Shown here in pieces: positions 1-10,750 of a DNA stretch of 64,000 nt (its first letter is position 1; every line of letters begins with the position of its first letter). Location: sequence record NC_014662.1; one strand, given 5' to 3'. A program made the position numbers and the translations under genes. Under the pieces are notes generated by a model, which worked only from the letters and a program-made list of their open reading frames with translations, made no database searches and had not been told where the DNA came from. Source of the DNA: Enterobacter phage CC31.

Positions 1-1432
1 TGGTAAAATTGTAACTGATTCTGGTGTTCTGTTAACTGAACCAGAAACTGCTACCGAGCAAATGACTTCAGTTGCGTTCCAAACTGCGTTAAAAACTTAT
101 GGAATGCCAGGTGTCGCTGCTCTTTATCCAGGTGAGCTTGGTTCTCAGTTAGAACTTGAAATTGTCTCTAAAGCTGGATTTGAACAGGGCGCTGCTACAC
201 AGCTTCCAATTTATCCTGCTGGTGGTACTCGAGTATCAACTGCTCGTGCTGTATTCGGTTATGGACCACAATCTGACGACCAATATTGCATTATCGTTCG
301 CCGCGATGGAGCTATTGTAGAAAGCTTCGTTCTGTCTACTGAAAAAGGCTCTAAGGACGTTTACGGAAATAACATCTATATTGATGATTTCTTCTCTAAA
401 GGTTCAAGCAATTACATCTTTGCTACTGCTCAAGGCTGGCCTGCTGGATTCTCCGGTATTGTTCAGTTATCTGGCGGTGTATCAGCTAACGAATCTGTTA
501 CTGCTGGCGATGTAATGCAAGCATGGGATTTATTCGCTGACCGTGAAGCTCTGCATGTTAACCTCTTAATTGCTGGTGCATGTGCTGGTGAAGACCAAGA
601 ATTCGCATCTACCGTTCAGAAACACGTAGTATCAATTGCCGATGAACGTCAAGATTGTCTGGCTCTTATTTCTCCTCCACGTAGTGTGCTGGTTAATATT
701 CCACTGACTCGTGCGATTGATAATCTGGTCGATTGGCGTACAGGTCAAGGTACCTACACTGATGCAAACATGAATATTAGTTCAACTTATGCATCTATTG
801 ATGGTAACTACAAATATCAGTATGACAAATATAACGATGTTAACCGTTGGGTTCCGTTAGCTGCTGATATGGCTGGTCTGTGTGCTCGTACTGATAATAT
901 CAGTCAGCCTTGGATGTCTCCAGCTGGTTATAACCGTGGACAGATTCTGAACGTCATTAAATTGGCAATCGAACCTCGTCAGAGCCAACGTGACCGTCTG
1001 TATCAGGAAGCAATTAACCCTGTTACTGGCACCGGTGGTGACGGATTCGTTCTGTTTGGCGATAAGACTGCAACCAAAGTTCCTACTCCGTTTGACCGCA
1101 TCAACGTACGTCGTCTGTTCAACATGCTGAAAACGAATATTGGAAACGCTTCTAAATATCGTCTGTTCGAGATGAACGATAACTTCACTCGTTCAAGCTT
1201 CCGTATGGAAACCTCTCAGTACTTGTCTGGAATTAAATCTCTGGGCGGTGTATATGAATTCCGTGTGGTATGTGATACTACGAACAACACGCCTGCTGTA
1301 ATCGACCGCAATGAGTTTGTTGCATCGTTCTACATCAAGCCAGCTCGTTCTATCAACTACATCACTCTGAACTTCGTTGCTACTGCTACGGGTGCTGATT
1401 TCGATGAACTGATTGGACCACAAGCTCAATAA
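1..1432 (+). CDS. 18: tail sheath protein, C-terminal ~476 codons; 5' end is upstream of the window
   Basis: Frame is open from the window edge to TAA at 1430-1432; sits directly upstream of the tail tube gene as in T4. Confidence 0.8.
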   Translation, partial: GKIVTDSGVLLTEPETATEQMTSVAFQTALKTYGMPGVAALYPGELGSQLELEIVSKAGFEQGAATQLPIYPAGGTRVSTARAVFGYGPQSDDQYCIIVRRDGAIVESFVLSTEKGSKDVYGNNIYIDDFFSKGSSNYIFATAQGWPAGFSGIVQLSGGVSANESVTAGDVMQAWDLFADREALHVNLLIAGACAGEDQEFASTVQKHVVSIADERQDCLALISPPRSVLVNIPLTRAIDNLVDWRTGQGTYTDANMNISSTYASIDGNYKYQYDKYNDVNRWVPLAADMAGLCARTDNISQPWMSPAGYNRGQILNVIKLAIEPRQSQRDRLYQEAINPVTGTGGDGFVLFGDKTATKVPTPFDRINVRRLFNMLKTNIGNASKYRLFEMNDNFTRSSFRMETSQYLSGIKSLGGVYEFRVVCDTTNNTPAVIDRNEFVASFYIKPARSINYITLNFVATATGADFDELIGPQAQ

Positions 1433-1527
1433 TTCTAAGACATTTAGGGACCTTCGAGAGGAGGTCCATAAATACAATCATCTTAGGAAAACTAATTCAT
1501 CTCGGCCGCTCTGGCGAATCAGAGCGG

Positions 1528-1535
1528 TATAAATA
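1528..1535 (+). promoter_or_regulatory. late promoter core TATAAATA upstream of gene 19
   Basis: Exact T4 late consensus ~15 nt upstream of the start codon. Confidence 0.65.
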
Positions 1536-1549
1536 TAACAGGAACTCAC

Positions 1550-2041
1550 ATGGAACTTACAGATTTAACTCGTGCATTTGAATCCGGTGATTTCGCGCGT
1601 CCTAACCTGTTTGAGGTAGAAATTCCTTATCTCGGTAAGAACTTCAGCTTCAAATGTAAAGCAGCTCCACTGCCTGCTGGTATTGTTGAAAAAATTCCGG
1701 TCGGTTATATGAACCGTAAGCTTAACGTTGCCGGTGACCGTACATTCGACGATTGGACCGTGACTATCTACAATGACGATGCTCATAATACTCGTCAAGC
1801 TATTGTTGAATGGCAGGGTATCGCAGCAGGTCAAGGTAATGAAATTACTGGTGGCTCACCTGCAGAGTATAAGAAAAAAGCAATTGTCCGTCAATTCGCA
1901 CGTGATAGTAAAACAATCACTCGTGAAATTGAAATTACGGGCGTTTGGCCAACTAACGTTGGTGAAGTCCAGCTCGACTGGGATTCAAACAACGAAGTTG
2001 AGACCTTTGAAGTAACATTCTGTCTCGACTGGTGGTTGTAA
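1550..2041 (+). CDS. 19: tail tube protein
   Basis: 163 aa, same length and close match to recalled T4 gp19; TATAAATA late promoter just upstream. Confidence 0.9.
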   Translation: MELTDLTRAFESGDFARPNLFEVEIPYLGKNFSFKCKAAPLPAGIVEKIPVGYMNRKLNVAGDRTFDDWTVTIYNDDAHNTRQAIVEWQGIAAGQGNEITGGSPAEYKKKAIVRQFARDSKTITREIEITGVWPTNVGEVQLDWDSNNEVETFEVTFCLDWWL

Positions 2042-2046
2042 AATGT

Positions 2047-2060
2047 GGGCCTTCGGGCCC
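2047..2060 (+). terminator. GC hairpin GGGCCTTCGGGCCC after gene 19
   Basis: 5-bp GC stem with UUCG-type loop; no U-run, so termination is uncertain. Confidence 0.45.
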
Positions 2061-2061
2061 A

Positions 2062-2069
2062 TATAAATA
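2062..2069 (+). promoter_or_regulatory. late promoter core TATAAATA upstream of gene 20
   Basis: Exact consensus between the gene 19 hairpin and gene 20 start. Confidence 0.6.
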
Positions 2070-2101
2070 TTAGTATGCTTTAACCCTTATTGGAGACTCT
2101 A

Positions 2102-3670
2102 ATGAAATTTGACGTCTTAAGTTTGTTCGCGCCGTGGGCCAAAGTCGACGAACAGGAATACGACCAGCAGCTAAATAATAATTTAGAGTCTATCACGGCC
2201 CCTAAATTTGATGACGGCGCGACAGAGATTGAATCGGAACGTGGAGACATTGCAGGCGCTGGATTATTCCAGAGAATGTACGGTCAAAATGAACCGGGAA
2301 TGAAAAACACCAGGGAGCTTATCGATACTTACCGTCAGTTAATGAATAACTACGAAGTAGATAATGCTGTCCAAGAAATCGTCTTAGATGCAATCGTATA
2401 TGAAGACGAACATCCAGTAGTTGCACTGGATTTAGATAAAACAAATTTTAGCCCAGCGATTAAAGACCGACTGCAAGAAGAATTTAATGAAGTTCTTACT
2501 TGTCTGAATTTCGAAAGAAAAGGTCTCGACCATTTCCGTCGCTGGTACGTCGATTCTCGTATCTTCTTCCATAAAATTATTAACCCTAAAAACCCGAAAG
2601 AAGGTATTCAAGAGCTTCGTCGTTTAGACCCTCGCAATATTCAGTTCGTTCGTGAAGTTATCACTGACACTGAAGCGGGCGTGAAAATCGTTAAAGGCTA
2701 CAAAGAATATTTCGTTTATAACACCGGTCACGAATCTTATCAATGTGACGGTCGAATTTACGACGCTGGAACAAAAATTAAAATTCCAAAGGCTGCAGTT
2801 GTTTATGCACACTCTGGATTAGTTGATTGCTCAGGAAGAAACATCATCGGTTATTTGCACCGAGCTGTTAAACCTGCAAACCAGCTTAAACTGCTTGAAG
2901 ACGCAATGGTGATTTATCGTATTACACGTGCACCAGACCGTCGAGTATTTTACATTGACACAGGGAATATGCCTTCCCGTAAAGCTGCTGCTCATATGCA
3001 ACACATCATGAACACCATGAAAAACCGTGTGGTATATGATGCATCTACTGGTAAGATTAAAAACCAGCAGCATAATATGTCAATGACAGAAGATTATTGG
3101 TTACAGCGTCGTGACGGTAAAGCTGTTACTGAAATCGATAATATGCCTGGTGCTACTGGTATGAACGAAATGGACGATGTCCGTTGGTTCAAGAACAACC
3201 TTTACCAAGCATTACGTGTTCCACTGTCTCGTATTCCGAACGACCAGCAAGGCGGAGTTCAATTCGATGCGGGTACAGGTATTACGCGTGACGAGTTACA
3301 GTTTGCTAAATTCATTCGTGAATTGCAGCATAAGTTCGAAGAAATTTTCCTCGACCCTCTTAGAACGAATCTTGTTTTAAAAGGCGTAATGAGCGAAGAT
3401 GATTGGAAAGATGAAATAAATAACATTAAGATAGTATTTCATCGTGACAGTTACTTCACTGAACTTAAAGATGCTGAAGTTACCGAACGCAGATTCAATA
3501 TGCTTCAAATGGCCGAACCGTTTATCGGTAAGTATATTTCTCACCAGACAGCTATGAAGACTATTCTTCAAATGACTGATGAACAAATTGAACAAGAGGC
3601 TAAGCAAATTGAGCTAGAGTCTAAAGAGGCTCGTTTCCAAGACCCAGACCAAGAACAAGAGGATTTCTAA
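2102..3670 (+). CDS. 20: portal vertex protein
   Basis: N-terminus [14 protein letters not shown] and long blocks match recalled T4 gp20; ORF track start at 2090 is a TTG, ATG at 2102 preferred. Confidence 0.9.
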   Translation: MKFDVLSLFAPWAKVDEQEYDQQLNNNLESITAPKFDDGATEIESERGDIAGAGLFQRMYGQNEPGMKNTRELIDTYRQLMNNYEVDNAVQEIVLDAIVYEDEHPVVALDLDKTNFSPAIKDRLQEEFNEVLTCLNFERKGLDHFRRWYVDSRIFFHKIINPKNPKEGIQELRRLDPRNIQFVREVITDTEAGVKIVKGYKEYFVYNTGHESYQCDGRIYDAGTKIKIPKAAVVYAHSGLVDCSGRNIIGYLHRAVKPANQLKLLEDAMVIYRITRAPDRRVFYIDTGNMPSRKAAAHMQHIMNTMKNRVVYDASTGKIKNQQHNMSMTEDYWLQRRDGKAVTEIDNMPGATGMNEMDDVRWFKNNLYQALRVPLSRIPNDQQGGVQFDAGTGITRDELQFAKFIRELQHKFEEIFLDPLRTNLVLKGVMSEDDWKDEINNIKIVFHRDSYFTELKDAEVTERRFNMLQMAEPFIGKYISHQTAMKTILQMTDEQIEQEAKQIELESKEARFQDPDQEQEDF

Positions 3671-3912
3671 TGGAAGATTTCATCTCCGCACTCAAATCCA
3701 ACGACCTCGTTAAAGCAAAGAAAGCCTTTGGTGCTATTATGCTTGAACAGACCGCTGATTTGATTAGCCAACGTCGTGTTGAGATTGCCCAATCTATTAT
3801 GATTGAAGGCGAAGAAAAAGAAGACGACGAAGACGAGAATGATGATTCTGAAGATGAAGGTAAAGAAAAACCTGAATCTAAAGATGAAAAAGATTCTGAA
3901 GACGAAGACTAA
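3670..3912 (+). CDS. 67: prohead core protein gp67
   Basis: 80 aa with acidic C-terminal tail; ATGA overlap with gene 20 stop; T4 position. Confidence 0.8.
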   Translation: MEDFISALKSNDLVKAKKAFGAIMLEQTADLISQRRVEIAQSIMIEGEEKEDDEDENDDSEDEGKEKPESKDEKDSEDED

Positions 3913-3927
3913 GAATAAGGAGTCGCA

Positions 3928-4353
3928 ATGCTGATTGTTCCTGATGAGTACGAAGTCGTACTTGAAAACATCGAAGCAGCTATTCCTGAAGCCGAATCTC
4001 GTTTTAAGCAGTTGTCAGAAGCTCTCGATAAAGCAGACATAAATACAATTGTAGAAAACATGTTGCCAATTGAACCTGAAGTAGCAATTGCTATGGGTTC
4101 ACTGAATGAAGAAATGCAGCTCAATGAATTTATCGTTAAGCATGTTTCTTCTCGTGGAGAAATTACGCGTACTAAAGACCGTAAAACCCGCGAGCGTCAA
4201 GCATTCCAAACAACTGGTTTATCTAAAGCTAAACGTCGCGCTATCGCTCGAAAAGTCGTTAAGTCCAAACGCGCTAATCCGTCTGGTACTGTACGAGGCA
4301 ACCGCAAACGTAAGAAAGCTATGAAACGTCGTCAGGCGTTAGGATTAAGCTAA
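3928..4353 (+). CDS. 68: prohead core protein gp68
   Basis: 141 aa, basic C-terminus, T4 position between 67 and 21. Confidence 0.75.
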   Translation: MLIVPDEYEVVLENIEAAIPEAESRFKQLSEALDKADINTIVENMLPIEPEVAIAMGSLNEEMQLNEFIVKHVSSRGEITRTKDRKTRERQAFQTTGLSKAKRRAIARKVVKSKRANPSGTVRGNRKRKKAMKRRQALGLS

Positions 4354-4994
4354 TGAATGAACCCCAATTACTCATTGAGCATTGGGGTCAACCCGGCGAA
4401 ATTTTGAATGGCGTACCGATGCTTGAGTCATACGATGGCTCAGATGCTGGGCTAAAACCTGGATTATACATCGAAGGCGTGTTCATGCAAGCCGAAGTAG
4501 TTAACCGAAATAAGCGTCTTTATCCAAAGAGAGTGTTGGAAAAAGCCGTAGCTAATTATATTAAAGAGCAGGTTTCTACTAAACAAGCACTTGGAGAATT
4601 AAATCACCCACCACGTGCTAACGTTGACCCGATGCAAGCCGCAATCATCATCGAAGATATGTGGTGGAAAGGAAACGATGTTTATGGACGAGCTCGTATT
4701 ATTGAAGGTGACCACGGTCCTGGAGATAAACTCGCTGCAAACATTCGTGCTGGCTGGATTCCTGGAGTATCTAGTCGTGGACTAGGCTCATTAACGGAAA
4801 CCAATAAAGGCTACCGTATCGTAAACGAAGGATTTAAACTCACCGTTGGCGTTGATGCTGTGTGGGGACCTTCTGCACCAGATGCTTGGGTAACTCCGAA
4901 GCAGATTTCGGAATCCGCTGAGGCGCAAGTCGCCAAAAAGAATGACGATGAGTCATTTAAAGCTCTCGTAGAGAGTCTCGAAAAAGCATTATAA
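4353..4994 (+). CDS. 21: prohead core scaffold protein and protease
   Basis: 213 aa, T4 gp21 length and position. Confidence 0.85.
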   Translation: MNEPQLLIEHWGQPGEILNGVPMLESYDGSDAGLKPGLYIEGVFMQAEVVNRNKRLYPKRVLEKAVANYIKEQVSTKQALGELNHPPRANVDPMQAAIIIEDMWWKGNDVYGRARIIEGDHGPGDKLAANIRAGWIPGVSSRGLGSLTETNKGYRIVNEGFKLTVGVDAVWGPSAPDAWVTPKQISESAEAQVAKKNDDESFKALVESLEKAL

Positions 4995-4997
4995 ATA
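4990..4997 (+). promoter_or_regulatory. late promoter core TATAAATA upstream of gene 22
   Basis: Exact consensus overlapping the gene 21 stop codon. Confidence 0.6.
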
Positions 4998-5027
4998 ATA
5001 ATGTAACTTAACAACAGGACTAACAAA

Positions 5028-5843
5028 ATGCTGAAAGACATCCTGCTCCAGGAAGCTCAGAATATTGAAGCTACCGTAGCTGTGGACAGTATTTTCGAAT
5101 CGGTCGAGCTTTCTCCGGAAGTAAAAGCGAAGTTCGAAACTGTATTCGAAGCAACTGTAAAGAAACATGCCGTTGAACTGGCTGAATCCCACATTACCAA
5201 AATTGCTGAAATGGCTGACGAAAAGCTGAAAGATGCTAAAGACGAAGCCGAAGAAAAAGCTGAAAAGAAACTGACTGAACATGCTTCTCGTTTCTTCAAT
5301 CACATCGCTCAAGAATGGATGAATGAAAACAAACTGGCTGTTGATAAAGGCATCAAAGCTGAACTGTTTGAATCCATGTTCGCTGGTATGAAAGAACTGT
5401 TCGTTGAACACAACGTTGTTCTGCCAGAAGAATCAGTTGATGTAGTTGCTGAAATGGAAGAAGAACTGGCTGAAGCTCGTGAAGAAATCAGCAATCTGTT
5501 CGAAGGTATTTCTGCTCGCGACGAAAAAATTAATACCATGCTGCGTGAAAGCGCTGTAATGGAATCAACTAAAGACTTGACCGACGTTCAGAAAGAGAAA
5601 GTAGCTTCTCTGACCGAAGGTATGGAATATTCCGACGAATTCTCAAGTAAGCTGTCTGCCATCGTCGAAATGGTTAAAGGCTCCGTCGAGAAAGAGGTAG
5701 TAAATGAAAGCATAAATACTACCGACAATGATGCTGACGGTCTCAACTTCATTACTGAAGAACATATTGAGCCAGAAGAAAAAGTATCAAAACAGCCATC
5801 GATGATGGACGCATACGTAGCCTCTGCGGCACGTCTTTCTTAA
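5028..5843 (+). CDS. 22: prohead scaffolding protein
   Basis: 271 aa, highly acidic and helical, T4 gp22-like; late promoter upstream. Confidence 0.85.
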   Translation: MLKDILLQEAQNIEATVAVDSIFESVELSPEVKAKFETVFEATVKKHAVELAESHITKIAEMADEKLKDAKDEAEEKAEKKLTEHASRFFNHIAQEWMNENKLAVDKGIKAELFESMFAGMKELFVEHNVVLPEESVDVVAEMEEELAEAREEISNLFEGISARDEKINTMLRESAVMESTKDLTDVQKEKVASLTEGMEYSDEFSSKLSAIVEMVKGSVEKEVVNESINTTDNDADGLNFITEEHIEPEEKVSKQPSMMDAYVASAARLS

Positions 5844-5865
5844 TTTTTAAAAGGTTATAAAACAC

Positions 5866-7428
5866 ATGAAAAAGATTAATCCGTTAGTAGAAAAATGGAC
5901 TCCGCTGCTTGAGAACGAAGCACTGCCTGAAATCGTTGGTGCTGGTAAAAAAGCTCTGATTGCAAAAATCATGGAAAACCAGGAATCAGCTATTAAAACT
6001 GAACCTGCATTCCGTGATGAAAAAATCGCTGAAGCATTTGGTTCGTTCCTGACTGAAGCAGAAATTGGTGGTGACCACGGTTATGATGCTCAGAACATCG
6101 CTGCTGGCCAAACCTCTGGTGCAGTAACTCAGATTGGACCAGCTGTTATGGGCATGGTACGTCGTGCAATTCCTAACCTGATTGCTTTCGACATCTGTGG
6201 TGTTCAGCCAATGAGTTCTCCTACCGGTCAGGTATTCGCTCTGCGTGCCGTTTACGGTAAAGACCCTCTGGCTGCTGGTGCTAAAGAAGCATTCCACCCA
6301 ATGTACGCTCCAGATGCAATGTTCTCTGGTCAGGGTGCTGCTGAGAAATTCGCTGCTGTAAAAGCTGCTGACGTTCTGACTGTTGGTACTATCGTAGTTC
6401 ACGATTTCGCTGATGTTGGTCGCGCTTACTTCCAGGTTGCTGAAGGTTTCACAGTAGATGCTGGTGCTACCGATGCTGAAAAACTGGATAAAGCAGTTAA
6501 AGCTGCTGAAGAAGCTGGTCAGCTGGTAGAAATCGCTGAAGGTATGGCTACCTCCGTAGCTGAACTGCAGGAAAACTTCAACGGTTCTACTGATAACCCA
6601 TGGAATGAAATGGGCTTCCGTATCGATAAACAAGTTATCGAAGCTAAATCCCGTCAGCTGAAAGCTCAGTACTCTATTGAACTGGCTCAAGATTTACGTG
6701 CTGTTCACGGTATGGACGCGGATGCTGAACTGTCTGGTATCCTGGCTACCGAAATCATGCTGGAAATCAACCGCGAAGTTGTAGATTGGATTAACTACTC
6801 TGCTCAACTGGGTAAAACCGGTATGACTCAGACTGTTGGTTCTAAAGCTGGTGTATTTGACTTCCAGGACCCAGTAGATATTCGTGGCGCTCGTTGGGCA
6901 GGTGAAAGCTTCAAAGCTCTGCTGTTCCAAATCGACAAAGAAGCTGCTGAAATCGCACGTCAGACTGGTCGTGGTGCTGGTAACTTCATCATCGCTTCTC
7001 GTAACGTAGTTAACGCTCTGGCAGCTGTTGATACTGGCGTTACTCCTGCTGCTCAGGGTCTGGGTCAAGGCTTCAATGCTGATACCACTAAGACTGTGTT
7101 CGCAGGTATTCTGGGCGGTCGTTATAAAGTATACATCGACCAGTACGCTCGTCAGGACTACTTCACCATTGGTTACAAAGGTGCTAACGAGATGGATGCT
7201 GGTATCTACTACGCTCCATACGTTGCTCTGACTCCACTGCGTGGTTCCGACCCTAAAAACTTCCAGCCAGTCATGGGCTTCAAAACCCGTTACGGTATTG
7301 GTATCAACCCGTTTGCTGATAGTGCATCACAGCAGCCGAATGCTCGCATTCAGTCTGGTATGCCTTCTATCGTCAACTCTGTTGGTAAGAACGCGTACTT
7401 CCGTCGCATCTGGGTTAAAGGTCTGTAA
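5866..7428 (+). CDS. 23: major capsid protein
   Basis: 520 aa, close match to recalled T4 gp23; followed by GNRA-loop terminator. Confidence 0.95.
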   Translation: MKKINPLVEKWTPLLENEALPEIVGAGKKALIAKIMENQESAIKTEPAFRDEKIAEAFGSFLTEAEIGGDHGYDAQNIAAGQTSGAVTQIGPAVMGMVRRAIPNLIAFDICGVQPMSSPTGQVFALRAVYGKDPLAAGAKEAFHPMYAPDAMFSGQGAAEKFAAVKAADVLTVGTIVVHDFADVGRAYFQVAEGFTVDAGATDAEKLDKAVKAAEEAGQLVEIAEGMATSVAELQENFNGSTDNPWNEMGFRIDKQVIEAKSRQLKAQYSIELAQDLRAVHGMDADAELSGILATEIMLEINREVVDWINYSAQLGKTGMTQTVGSKAGVFDFQDPVDIRGARWAGESFKALLFQIDKEAAEIARQTGRGAGNFIIASRNVVNALAAVDTGVTPAAQGLGQGFNADTTKTVFAGILGGRYKVYIDQYARQDYFTIGYKGANEMDAGIYYAPYVALTPLRGSDPKNFQPVMGFKTRYGIGINPFADSASQQPNARIQSGMPSIVNSVGKNAYFRRIWVKGL

Positions 7429-7439
7429 TCCAATTAAAT

Positions 7440-7469
7440 GGGAGCCGCAAGGCTCCCATTGTTGTTTCT
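7440..7469 (+). terminator. intrinsic terminator after gene 23
   Basis: GGGAGCC-GCAA-GGCTCCC stem-loop followed by ATTGTTGTTTCT. Confidence 0.7.
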
Positions 7470-7513
7470 ACGGATGATAAATAAAAGTATAATCCACTAG
7501 AGGAAAAGCGACG

Positions 7514-8797
7514 ATGGCTAACATCCATGACCTTCTGCGCGAATCAACTACAACGACGAGTTCAATTTCTGCCCGTCCTAGCCTCGTTGCATTGACTCGC
7601 GCTACTACTAAATTAATTTACTCTGATATTGTAGCTACTCAGCGTACTACTCAACCTACTGCTGCTTTCTACGGTATCAAATATTTGAACCCTAACAAAG
7701 AATTAACGTTCCTTACTGGTGCTACCTACGCAGGTCAAACTGGTACTGAGGACCGTAAATCTATTGAAACATTAACTGCTTCAAATAAAGATTCATTTGG
7801 CAAGGGTGATTTGTTCAAATACGATGACATTGTTTACAAAGTACTTGTAGATAATCCATTTGACCAGATTACTGAAACTGATTTAGAAGTTGTAATTCAG
7901 ATTTCTCTGGTTAAACTCACTACTCGTTTAATGTCTGACGCTGCTATCACTTCCAAGTTTGAAACTGCTGGAGCTGATATCGCTGAAGCTAAATTCCAAA
8001 TTGATAAATGGCAGACTCAAGTTAAATCTCGTAAACTTAAAACGAGCTTGACTGTTGAATTGGCCCAGGACCTTGAAGCTAATGGCTTTGATGCTTCCAA
8101 TTTTATCGATGATTTACTGGCTACTGAAATGGCCGATGAAATTAACAAAGACATTTTACAAAGTCTTGTGACAGTTTCAAAACGATATAAAGTTGAAGGT
8201 ATCACAGATACTGGATTCATCGATTTATCTTATGCATCTGCTCCAGAAGCTGGTCGTTCTCTGTATCGCATGGTATGCGAAATGGTTTCTCATATTCAGC
8301 GCTCAACATCCTTTACGGCAACATTCGCTGTAGCATCTACTCGTGCTGCTGCTGTTCTTGCTGCATCAGGTTGGTTGAAGCATAAACCTGAAGATGATGA
8401 TTATCTGTCACAGAACGCTTATGGTTTCCTGGCAAACGGTTTGCCTCTGTATTGCGATACTAACACTCCACTCGATTATGTAATCGTCGGTGTAGTAGAA
8501 GATATTGGTGATAAAGAAGTTGTATCGAGTATTTTCTATGCTCCATACACTGAAGGTATCGACCTTGATGACCCGGAACACGTTGGTGCATTTAAAGTAA
8601 TTGTTGACCCAGAAAGCTTACAGCCTTCTGTAGCTTTATTCGTTCGTTATGCATTGTCTGCTAACCCGTATACTGTAGCTAAAGATGAAAAGGAAGCTCG
8701 AATCATTGATGGCGGGGATATGGATAAGATGGCAGGACGTTCTGATTTATCAGTTCTTCTTGGTGTTAAGTTACCAAAAATCATCATTGAAGACTAA
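7514..8797 (+). CDS. 24: capsid vertex protein
   Basis: 427 aa, gp23 paralog at the T4 gene 24 position. Confidence 0.9.
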   Translation: MANIHDLLRESTTTTSSISARPSLVALTRATTKLIYSDIVATQRTTQPTAAFYGIKYLNPNKELTFLTGATYAGQTGTEDRKSIETLTASNKDSFGKGDLFKYDDIVYKVLVDNPFDQITETDLEVVIQISLVKLTTRLMSDAAITSKFETAGADIAEAKFQIDKWQTQVKSRKLKTSLTVELAQDLEANGFDASNFIDDLLATEMADEINKDILQSLVTVSKRYKVEGITDTGFIDLSYASAPEAGRSLYRMVCEMVSHIQRSTSFTATFAVASTRAAAVLAASGWLKHKPEDDDYLSQNAYGFLANGLPLYCDTNTPLDYVIVGVVEDIGDKEVVSSIFYAPYTEGIDLDDPEHVGAFKVIVDPESLQPSVALFVRYALSANPYTVAKDEKEARIIDGGDMDKMAGRSDLSVLLGVKLPKIIIED

Positions 8798-8803
8798 AAG
8801 AAA

Positions 8804-8826
8804 GGGAACCTCACGGTTCCCTTTTG
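8804..8826 (+). terminator. intrinsic terminator after gene 24
   Basis: GGGAACC-TCAC-GGTTCCC followed by TTTTG. Confidence 0.7.
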
Positions 8827-8829
8827 TAG

Positions 8830-9375
8830 TTATAAAGCAAATATATCGAATGTTGGTGCGTATTTTTCTTTAAATCTCTGATAGATTTCTTTCTCGTACA
8901 GATTGTAGCAAGGTATACCATGACGCTTGGCTATATCAACGGCCACTCGTGTCCCTCCAGTAACGCTAGAGAGTTTTATTGGAGCATAGAATAGTACCAT
9001 ATCCACAGGTGACTGGCAATCCTCTCCGAGCACCTGAAGTGCATTGCGGGCAAATAGAGTCTTCACTATATCCCGGCACTCATCCCAGTAGCTTGTCACT
9101 TCTCTTGCTTTAATTACACTCCTGATTCTCACTTCATTTGGAAAGTCTTTCCACACCTTTACTCCAACTCCAGTTTTAAGACCATTGAAGCCTTCGTATG
9201 GTATGATACGTAATGAACGTTCACGGTCGTATCTACTGAGCCATGATTCATCTGCACCAGGAGCACCTCCCGAATACGAAAAATGGCCTGACTCCGAAAG
9301 AGCCTGACCAGTTAATGACATGACATCTAAAACACGACGTGGCGTCTCTCGAGAACCGATTAACGCCAAACGCAT
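8830..9375 (-). CDS. conserved protein with DprA/Smf-like Rossmann (SLOG-type) motifs
   Basis: 181 aa; motifs IGSRETP ... SGGAPGADESW ... SSVTGGTRVAVDIA resemble the DprA/Smf nucleotide-binding fold; convergent with gene 24. Confidence 0.6.
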   Translation of the reverse strand: MRLALIGSRETPRRVLDVMSLTGQALSESGHFSYSGGAPGADESWLSRYDRERSLRIIPYEGFNGLKTGVGVKVWKDFPNEVRIRSVIKAREVTSYWDECRDIVKTLFARNALQVLGEDCQSPVDMVLFYAPIKLSSVTGGTRVAVDIAKRHGIPCYNLYEKEIYQRFKEKYAPTFDIFAL

Positions 9376-10379
9376 TAGTTACTTACCAGTTCAATCCAAA
9401 CTGGACGAATTACGCCTTGCACGTAATTGACAAGTTCTTTCTTGACTACATCAGGATTATCAGCGTCAGTAATGAAGATTTCTTCACGGCCAGCTTCTTC
9501 CAGAATATCCTGGACAGTAAGACCCATAACTTTACCAAAGTCCTTTGGACCAACTTGGCCAATCTTACTGATAACGTTATTGACTCGGTTCAGAGTAGCA
9601 TAAGCTGCCAGCGTAGAGAAAGCAACCTTATCAACATCAGTTAATTCAACCTTAGCTTTAATAGGCTTATCGGATTTAGCTTTCTCAGAGAACTTGGAGT
9701 TCTTGCATTTAATAGCTACGCGAGAACCATTAGGGAAAAATTTAGGGTAGCATGGTTTCAGAACGTAGCCTTCGGCGATATTACTTTCTGATACAACCGC
9801 TTGGAATGGCATAGTATTAGCTTCTTCAAGACCATGAGCTTCAATAGCTTGATTATAGCGATTAACTACAACATCCAGCATATTAGGAATTTGAATCAGG
9901 TCATCGAATTTACCACGGCCCAGAAGTGGAGCCATTTTAAACCCAAAGACGTTACACATACGTTCCATCATAAAATCATCAACGTAAGACGATTCACCTG
10001 ATTCGGTAGTCACTTTAATATCAAAGACGTAGAAGTCTTTTTCACCGTAATCAACACCCTTCTGAATTCCGCCGCCAGCAAATTCACCAAAGATTTGATA
10101 AGCTACTGTAGCACCAGTCAGTGCAGCTTGAACAGCTTTAAAGGACTCGTTATAACGACCCATGATAACCATATAGCCAAAGAAGTCTTCTGCTGGCAGA
10201 ATAGGACCAGTACGCTTGGCAGGTTGGATGCTATCTTTAGTTACGATAACAGAGAAGTTAGTGCCGTGAATTTTCTCACGCGCTACCCAAGTTTCAGAGA
10301 CATCAAAACCAGCATTACGAATACGCTCAATGAATTTACCGTTGTAGTGGTTCTCGAGCGTTGAATATTTCTCAAACAT
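9375..10379 (-). CDS. rnlB: RNA ligase 2
   Basis: 334 aa; [10 protein letters not shown] lysine-nucleotidyltransferase motif and overall match to recalled T4 Rnl2. Confidence 0.9.
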   Translation of the reverse strand: MFEKYSTLENHYNGKFIERIRNAGFDVSETWVAREKIHGTNFSVIVTKDSIQPAKRTGPILPAEDFFGYMVIMGRYNESFKAVQAALTGATVAYQIFGEFAGGGIQKGVDYGEKDFYVFDIKVTTESGESSYVDDFMMERMCNVFGFKMAPLLGRGKFDDLIQIPNMLDVVVNRYNQAIEAHGLEEANTMPFQAVVSESNIAEGYVLKPCYPKFFPNGSRVAIKCKNSKFSEKAKSDKPIKAKVELTDVDKVAFSTLAAYATLNRVNNVISKIGQVGPKDFGKVMGLTVQDILEEAGREEIFITDADNPDVVKKELVNYVQGVIRPVWIELVSN

Positions 10380-10387
10380 ATTTCACC

Positions 10388-10636
10388 TTAGAATTTAATT
10401 TTGAAAGATTTGCCCTGGTAGTCAGAATTGAACTCATAAGAGAACTTTTCTTTATTCAGGAATCCTTTTATAGCGGTTTCATGAGAATACCACTCACTTG
10501 GAATAATATAAAGGGCTTCAAACTTGCCGCGGGCGGCAGCGTCGCGAAGATGGTCTTCAATATGGGTTTGAACTTCTTTTGGTAAATTTGTATTAGCTGA
10601 CTCAGCCATATTCCTGTAGAAATTAGCAAGACTCAT
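10388..10636 (-). CDS. hypothetical protein
   Basis: ORF-track ORF trimmed to the ATG (MSLANF) that has a GGTGA ribosome-binding site. Confidence 0.55.
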   Translation of the reverse strand: MSLANFYRNMAESANTNLPKEVQTHIEDHLRDAAARGKFEALYIIPSEWYSHETAIKGFLNKEKFSYEFNSDYQGKSFKIKF

Positions 10637-10750
10637 TATAATCACCATATAAATATCAATAATTAGGGAGGGTTCTATCCTTCTATCGTCAAGCGTATGT
10701 ACTAGAAAGAATCCGTGAAACCATTATACCACGCGGATTCTTTAAGCATA

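Noticed and set aside
5986-6690. 234-aa antisense ORF inside the major capsid gene 23
   Set aside because: Entirely embedded opposite a strongly supported CDS, with Ser/Thr/Cys-rich low-complexity translation typical of the antisense frame of a highly expressed gene
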